DNA of 64,000 nt from Eledone cirrhosa (lineage: Eukaryota), in assembly GCA_964016885.1 (NCBI GenBank), contig OZ024740.1:103664001-103728000 (forward strand). The letters are read 5' to 3'. Positions within the stretch are counted from its first letter, which is position 1; the number at the start of each line of letters is the position of its first letter. Positions 56,701 through 64,000 of the stretch are shown piece by piece. The position numbers and the translations under genes are program-made. Under the pieces are notes generated by a model. That model saw only the letters and a program-made list of their open reading frames with translations, searched no databases and had not been told where the DNA came from.

Positions 56701-58131
56701 AATTCCTTATAAGTTTTTAGTACAGGCACAAGGGTACAATTTTAGGACGAGGGGATCAGTCAATTGTATCGACATAAAGTACTTGACTGGTACTTTATTT
56801 TATCAACCAAGAAAGGACGAAAGGCAAAGTTGACCTCTGTGGTAATTGAATTTAGAACATAAAAAAACAGAACATATACCATAAGGCATTTTTTCCAATG
56901 TTCCAATGTTCTAGTGGTTCCGCCGCCGCCGCCAACAACAACGACGACGACGACGACGACAACACCACCACCAACAACAACAAAAACAAAAACAACAATC
57001 ATAATGATAACGTAATAACAACAATTAAATATTCAAAAAAGATACCAGCTGTATTGAATAGTTGAGTTAGAGGCAGTAGCTTGCTGCTCTTTCTAAAGAA
57101 GCTGTCTACAAGAATAAAACATTTAACATGCACATGCACTTATATATAAAGGATAGACCCCTCCATATTCCCAAAATGTAAAGAAAAAGAGAAAAAAGAG
57201 GACTTGTAATTGAGGGTTAGAGTTTCATTTGGAACGTACCCAAGAACAACAAAACAAAACAAAACAAAAACCCAAAATACCCCCCCCCCCCCCCCGAAAA
57301 ACAAAAAAGTATCCATTTGTAGATTTAGTTATAAATTTATAAAATACAATCAGTTAATAGTGATAATACTAGTCAACATCTAACCTTAATTTTGTGACCA
57401 TATTTGTGCTTTTATCATAAAACACAAAATGCACAGTTGTATTTTAATTATAAATATAGTTAAAAATTATGAAAGGTTAAGTAAAATAACTTTCAACTTA
57501 ATAATAAAAACTAAATATTAAGCTATGGAAATCATTTAATTAGATTTCAGCCCAAGATTTGAATTTAAATTTGAACACTATAAACCCAGGCTTTAGCTGA
57601 TCACTGGTAAATCTTATGTTAGCATTAATCTAATTTCTCTGTTGAAAGTCACTCAGAATGGCCCATGACTTGTATTTTATTTGCTTTCCTTTATGGTTTT
57701 GATGAGCAAAACATTGTGGTTGTTAAAATCTTTGATTATTTTTTGTTATCAATTTGTCGTGAAATTATCTGTTGATATGAAAATGCAGACTAATAAAGCT
57801 ATGATGGCATTGACAAAAGTAGCTATAATGATGTCAACAAGTAACTGCATGCTTTCAATCTTTCTAAATTCCACACTCACTCACTCACTCTCCTCATTTA
57901 GCTGTGACAGGGCTGGTATTTGAGGCACTGCTTCAGCCAAGCATGCTAAAATTTCACTAACTTTTTCATTATTAAGCTGTTTAGAACTTAAAGGTTCTAA
58001 CATAAAATTATGATAGACTTTTAGAAAACAAAGAGTTTTGTATCAAAGAATCAGGGGTAGTTTGGTATCAAAAGTGTTAAGTTTACATCTAGGGAATAGA
58101 AACACTGTATAATTAATGAGTGTTATTTTAG

Positions 58132-58307
58132 ATTGGCAGTATCGGTAGAGGGTCAGATACCATGCTTTCCAGCATAGTTACGTCCCTTTACGATCTGAGT
58201 TCAAATCCCGCCAAGGTTGACTTTACCTTTCATCCTTACGGGGTCAATAAAATAAAGTACCAGTAATGCACTGGGTAATTGCTGGCCTTGTGCCTAAAGT
58301 AGAAACA
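58132..58307 (+). mobile_element. SINE family 2
   Basis: Matches 30626-30810; target-site duplication GTTATTTTAG. Confidence 0.9.
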
Positions 58308-58659
58308 GTTATTTTAGCTTGCACTTCATTCATAAAAAAGGATGTTTAACTTACATTGGCTCAATTCACCAAGATGTAAATAAGTATCATGATAGGTTCA
58401 GATGAAGGCTGCTTGGACAGTTAAAAATATAAGAATGTCTTCTTCAGCTCCTAGCATGAATATAACCAATCTATTGAACTGAAAGGGGCTAAATAAATCA
58501 CTAATGGATATACTTTATTAATATGTAAAGAACTATCTGTATATTACTGACTTGCATGAGATAAGTAAATAGAGATTTATAGATATGAGATGGCTGAGCT
58601 AAGTTTTGAAGAAGAGTGAATGTTGTTGGTTAATGAGGTAGATATGTTGATCTCACTAT

Positions 58660-58940
58660 ATACACCTCATACTCTGGATATACACTTCCCACCCAGACAT
58701 ATACACCTTCCACTTGTTCATATATCTCACAACCAGACATATATATATATATACCTCACACTCAGCCATATATATCTCATACTCAACCATATATAACTCA
58801 CATTCAACTATAGATATATCTCACACTCAGACATATATACCTCACACTCAGACATATATACCTCACACTCAGACATATATACACCTCATACAGCTATATA
58901 TATCTCACATTCAACCATATATACCTCACACTCACACATA
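58660..58940. repeat. Degenerate ~21-bp tandem repeat
   Basis: ATATATACCTCACACTCAGAC units. Confidence 0.8.
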
Positions 58941-60146
58941 TACAGAGTTACTCAATTCTTTGAGGACATGTCTAGTAACAGGTTTAACTGTCTTCTAACT
59001 TGTTCTGATTATCATTTTTTTTTAGATAAATTATGAGACATCAAGTTAACTCAGCAAATGAAGACACACTATAATTATTGCTTTAAAGGCAGAGCATAGT
59101 GGTTTAGTGATTGCTTAATTCCTGAAGGTTGCATGGTTATTTGTTGTCAAAGAGCTGGAAGAAAATGATGGGGATTCTATAGCAGTAGCCAAACATAAAA
59201 CGCCTTCTGAGGGTCCTAATACCATCAGAATATCCAAATTTGTATGAAAGGTGCAGAAAAAAATGATCAATAAGAACCCTAGAAAGTCAATTAGCACCAT
59301 TGTTAAGGAGCTCATGGTTTGAAGGCACACTATTGGAAGAATTATGCATGAGAATCTTTGATACATGTCATATGTGATGCAGAGAGGCCAATTCTTGTCT
59401 GCAAAGACAAAAGATAACAATCTGATCCATGAAACGTGCTTGTTGAGCAAGCTGATATACCAAGAACGTGGAATACTTTTATTTTTCTCTGAGAAAAAAT
59501 TTAATCAGGATCTAATAAAAAAAATGGTTATGCAGAGACCCTAAAGATGTTCCAAGGGTCATGCACACAAAATTTTCAGAAACTGTGATGGTTCTAGGAG
59601 TTGTGAGCAAGGAGGAAAATATCATGCCTCCCCACTTCTTTCCTCAAGGTTAAAGGGTCAATACTGCTGACTAGTCTATAAAGTGTCGGAGAGGGTTGTG
59701 AGGCCTTAGAGAGTGTGAGCAAAGGAAGACTGTACACTTACCAACAAGACTCTCATAAGGCCAAGACAACCCATGAATGGATGAGTTACAATCTCCATGA
59801 TCACATCACCCCAAACATATGGCTTCCTAGCTCTTCAGTCATAAATCCATTGGACTACTACGTATGGGGCCTAGTCAAGAGGGAATTCAATCAACACCTT
59901 CATAACACTATAAATTCTCTGAAGTTTGCCATAACTAGTTTAATTTTTAATATAATTAAAGATCATTTGATTTGGGCATGTCAACATTTCAGACCTTGTA
60001 GTGATGCAGTAATCAATGCTAACAGCAGATTCATTGAGTAGATGCGTCAAGAAGAGTCTCAAGCTTATTCATGTCAATTTCGTGACTCATAAATCTTTTA
60101 CTAAACTTAAGCAAATGTCCACAAAAAAAAACTGAACAACCTTGTG
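58941..60146 (+). mobile_element. Decayed Tc1/mariner-superfamily (maT/DD37D-like) transposon
   Basis: Broken transposase with NPRKSI, FFSEKKF, VMVLGVVS, YQQDS and WLPSSSVINPLDYYVWG. Eroded TIRs CAGAGTTACTCAATT..GGACAT and ATGTCC..AACTGAACAACCTTG. Confidence 0.85.
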
Positions 60147-60520
60147 TGTCAATACTTAGTGAAGCACAAGTTTTTTTAATTTACTTTACAACATTTTTTC
60201 AGTAACTGTACATCCTTGAGTCATATTAATATATGTCAGCCTACAATTCGTTTGTTCTAATGTTAGTTAACCTGTGGCATTTGTGGTTAACTGTATTATC
60301 TCCAGTTAGTTTGTGGTAGTCTTGGTTAATCTGGGGGCAATTCCAGTTAATCTGTGACAATTCCAGTGAATCTGTTGATTTTAAAGCCTTTAGAAGATTG
60401 TTTTCATTTGATCAATATATGGATGTTGTGATGAGTCAATATAGTGAACCTACTATTGTATCACTACGGTCAGTAGTAGCACAGTTAAAAGTTCCACACT
60501 TACACATTTCAAGGAACAAG

Positions 60521-60525
<5 letters not shown>

Positions 60526-60602
<77 letters not shown>
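60526..60602. repeat. (GA)n microsatellite (another at 20743-20850)
   Basis: Direct reading. Confidence 0.97.
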
Positions 60603-60604
<2 letters not shown>

Positions 60605-61810
60605 TCTTCATGAGAATTAGTAAAAACAAATTCCTCAAAAACCAAAACAATTCCATGCAAGTTAAAAGACCAAAATAAAAAATAAAGCCCCACAATAAAA
60701 TACATTTTAGTTGATGTTATTCATGAGTAGGTATGGTGAAACCTAACTGTTTACACCTGTGGGAGAGGGGTAGTTGTTTAGTCACAGGACAGCTCTGATT
60801 AAGTAAGTCTATAATAAAAGGCATTCTGATCTTGACAATCCCATCATTTTGTATATGTAGGACAATATTATTCAATGCGGTTTTCTGTTTTAAGATGTTA
60901 AGTTGTAATTTGAGGGAATTTTGCTGCTATTTAGTCGGCAAAGTGATTACCTAGAAGTAGCTGATACCCACAAATTTAGCACCTTATGTTGAGTATTGCA
61001 CAGCTTCATGACTCAGGTGATCCTCCATTTAAAATTCAATAGTGACTTTATGGAAGGAAATTTAGCTGCTATACTGAGTAGTTTAGTTACATAGAATTTT
61101 CCTCACTAGAAAATGTGGACATTATTGTGGAGTATGTTATCTTAAAATTTATAATTTTAAGGATGAAAAGGATTTAAACTTTATTGTTACCTTATTTCTA
61201 ATGAAATACTTTGTTTTTTTTTTTATTAATTAATGAAGAATTTGGAAAGGGTTTACTAAAATCATAATCTTGTTAAGATGGTATTCATAACATAACAAAA
61301 TGTACTTATATATAATTATATTGGAAGATTTTTATTTAAATAGGAACCCTTTAAAGTCGGTGGTTTGGTTTCATAAAAATGGAAGCAGTTTTGGACGGAT
61401 TGCTATCAAAAGGATTAAGAGGAAATTTTGAGTGTTACATTGAGCTTAAATGACTCCATAGAATCTCTGTGATTGGTTCAATAAACTGTTGGTATAATGT
61501 GTCATGTGAAGTGTAACATTGAACTTAAATAACTCCATAGAATCTCTGAAAATTGGTTCATAGCTGTTGATATAATGTGTCATGAGTGGTGTGTTGAAGT
61601 GTTAGTAGAAGAAACTGATTTAAAAACATAACGAATAAAATCCAAACTGAAAGATTGAGACAACTCCAAGAAAATCAAGCAGTGAATGTAGCCCAAGCAT
61701 TAGACAAAACACCAACATGAGCTGAGAAAGCCATAGGAACTATAAGTGAATTAGAAATATCAATTTAAATTTTAATTATTGATTATAAAAGAAACTAAGT
61801 TTCTACTTAC

Positions 61811-61828
61811 TCTCACTATCCATTTTAC
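61811..61828 (-). CDS. Candidate 18-nt CaMKII microexon
   Basis: TTTCTCCTCCTCAACACTGTAG|GTAAAATGGATAGTGAGA|GTAAGT. Phase 1-1, encodes xKMDSE. Confidence 0.55.
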
Positions 61829-61897
61829 CTACAGTGTTGAGGAGGAGAAATGATAAATAGCAATGTTATCATATCATCACAGTTTCTGTATATTATG

Positions 61898-62690
61898 ATA
61901 GTGTATAGCTGTGGGGCAGTGTAGTGTACAGCTGTGTGACAGTGTAGTGTACAGCTGTGTGATAGTGTAGTGTACAGCTGTGTGTTAGTGTAGTGTACAG
62001 CTGTGTGATAGTGTAGTGTACAGCTGTAGTACAGTGTAGTGTACAGCTGTGGTACAGTGTAGTGTACAGCTGTGGCACAGTGTAGTGTACAGCTGTGGTA
62101 CAGTATAGTGTACAGCTCTAGCATAGTATGGTGTACAGTTGTGAGGTAGTGTGGCTTACAATTGTGGCGTAGTGTGGTGTACAGCTGTGGAGGCAATGTA
62201 ACATACATTCAAGTGATGTATAGCATACAACTGAGAAACAGTGTAATGTATAGTACACTGTGGGGTACTGTAGCATACAGTTGGGGGACAGTGTGGTGTG
62301 GTACAGTGGTGGAATAGTGTAGTGTACAACCACAAGATAGTATAGTGTATAGCTGTAGGATGGTGCAGTGTAGTACATGATAGTGAAGTGTACAACTGTG
62401 GGACGATATGATACACAGCTGTGAGATAGCATAGCATACATCTGTGGGAGTGTGCTGAATTTAGGGTTGTGTACGGCTGTGGGATATTGTAGTGCACATT
62501 TGTGTGACTGTAGAGTACAGCTGTGGGCCAGCATAGTGTAAAGCTATGAAACAGTGTTGTATATAGCTGTAGTGTACAGATATTGTAGAGTACAGCTGTG
62601 GGGCAGCATAGTCTACAACTATGAAACAGTGTAGTATATAGCTGCAGTGTACAGATATTGTAGAACACAGCTGTAGGACACGGCAGTAAA
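61898..62690. repeat. 23-bp minisatellite, homogeneous on the left and decayed on the right
   Basis: Unit AGTGTAGTGTACAGCTGTGTGAC. Confidence 0.92.
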
Positions 62691-63160
62691 ACTGCATAAC
62701 ATGATCTAATACAACTACTGACCTCAGAACTATTCACACATGTTGAATAATTAATATGTTGCAATGTGTTATATTAAATGTAATACTGATGATGATGAGG
62801 ATTATAAATTACAACAATATTTTCAAGAACACTATTCAGCCTCAATAAAATGATACTAAGCAACATTTTTCTCTCTTTTAACTTCCATTTCTTTAAATGA
62901 TGCAACAGTATATTCCGACAAAATGTCCACTTCCAATAAACTTTCTATAATCAAGATGACAATTTGAAAAAAATGGTCTTATGTGTGAGTATAAATACAT
63001 ATATGCATATAAGTATATTTATATATGCATATATATATGATGGTGTAGTGGTTTGCTTCAAGCATTGTAGAATATGAAAAGTGGTTATGTTTAGGAAGCC
63101 GTAACAATGCAGGTAACCTGCATTACAAGTCGGCATAGCCACACATCTCTCCATCTCTAT

Positions 63161-63202
63161 TAACTTTTGAAAATCCTGAAACTTGTGAAACCGGTAAAGT
63201 TA
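63161..63202 (+). ncRNA. Degenerate minimal HHR, U3-A8 variant
   Basis: UAACUU-UUGAAAA-(weak stem II)-GAAAC-CG-GUA-AAGUUA, with palindromic ACCGGU. Confidence 0.5.
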
Positions 63203-63395
63203 TTGTAAATAAACATTAAGACTCCAATTGCATTTTCAACTTCTTTTTCCTTACTTTCGAATATACATTTATATTTTCATATATATAAATGTATATATAG
63301 TGTAGTTTTTAATACACTGTCTGCTTAATTAAAAGCATTTCGAAGACCTTATGCTATTTTTTAGAGTAGTGACAGTCTCACTGACTTTAAATTTC

Positions 63396-63480
63396 CAGCA
63401 AACAGGGGAGATAAAGCTGACAGAGATATGTTTCGAACTGATTGGTACTTATCAAAGCCAAGTACTTCACCTGTTTGCTG
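63396..63480 (-). ncRNA. Degenerate type I HHR with long stem I, U3-A8 variant
   Basis: CAGCAAACAGG UGAAGUACUUGGCU-UUGAUAA-GUAC CAAUCA GUUC-GAAAC-AUAU-CUC-..CCUGUUUGCUG. Confidence 0.6.
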
Positions 63481-63597
63481 AAAATCATGAATGTTTGATC
63501 TTATAGAATTTCTAGTAATAATCATGAACTTTTATTTATATATATATATATATATATATGTTTGATCTTATAGAATTTCTAGTAATAATCAGGAACT

Positions 63598-63633
<36 letters not shown>

Positions 63634-63635
<2 letters not shown>

Positions 63636-63941
63636 TACATGGCTTAGTGGTTAGAACATTGGCTTTGCAATCAAAAGGTTGTGAGTTCAATTCTCAGACC
63701 GGGTGATGTGTTGTTTCCTTGAGCAAGGCACTTTATTTCACATTGCTCCAGTCTACTCAGCTGTAGATGGGGTTCCTATCATTCCACTGCAAAGTGGTCA
63801 TGGAGGTGCCACAGCAAATAAGCACCCAGCACTCACTGTAAATGAGGTTGGGCTTAGGAAGGGCATCCAGCTGTAGAAATCAAGCCAGAATCAGTTCCCG
63901 TCCCACCCTTGCACGCAGGGAAAAGTGGACGTAAAATGAAA

Positions 63942-63945
<4 letters not shown>
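63634..63945 (+). mobile_element. SINE family 1
   Basis: Matches 32620 and 52711 with a small internal deletion. Confidence 0.9.
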
Positions 63946-63979
<34 letters not shown>

Positions 63980-64000
63980 CATCATCATCATCATTATGAT

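Noticed and set aside
61825-62764. His/Cys/Thr-rich repetitive ORFs
   Set aside because: Products of a 23-bp (non-3n) minisatellite.

Overview
Eukaryotic, very AT-rich and microsatellite-laden genomic DNA. The repeat content suggests an invertebrate, probably a cephalopod such as Octopus (inference only). The window is mostly intron of a minus-strand CaMKII gene: two clear hub-domain exons (30054-30129, 25707-25801) plus several frame-preserving candidate linker or alternative exons. The introns hold RTE and CR1-type LINE remnants, two tRNA-headed SINE families, mariner and maT-like DNA transposon relics, a Helitron end, foldback elements and kb-scale (TA)n arrays. The most striking signal is 11 type I hammerhead ribozyme (HHR) motifs from about 7-8 small non-coding, (TA)n-embedded elements. 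These include a 760-nt-period retrozyme-like element whose HHR has a ~95-nt branched stem II, U3-A8 core variants, and a near-canonical HHR on the CaMKII sense strand ~530 nt after a hub exon. One HHR-bearing element split an RTE LINE with a 16-bp target-site duplication and appears to have seeded a (TA)n landing pad for nested insertions. All calls were made by eye; no searches or folding programs were run.
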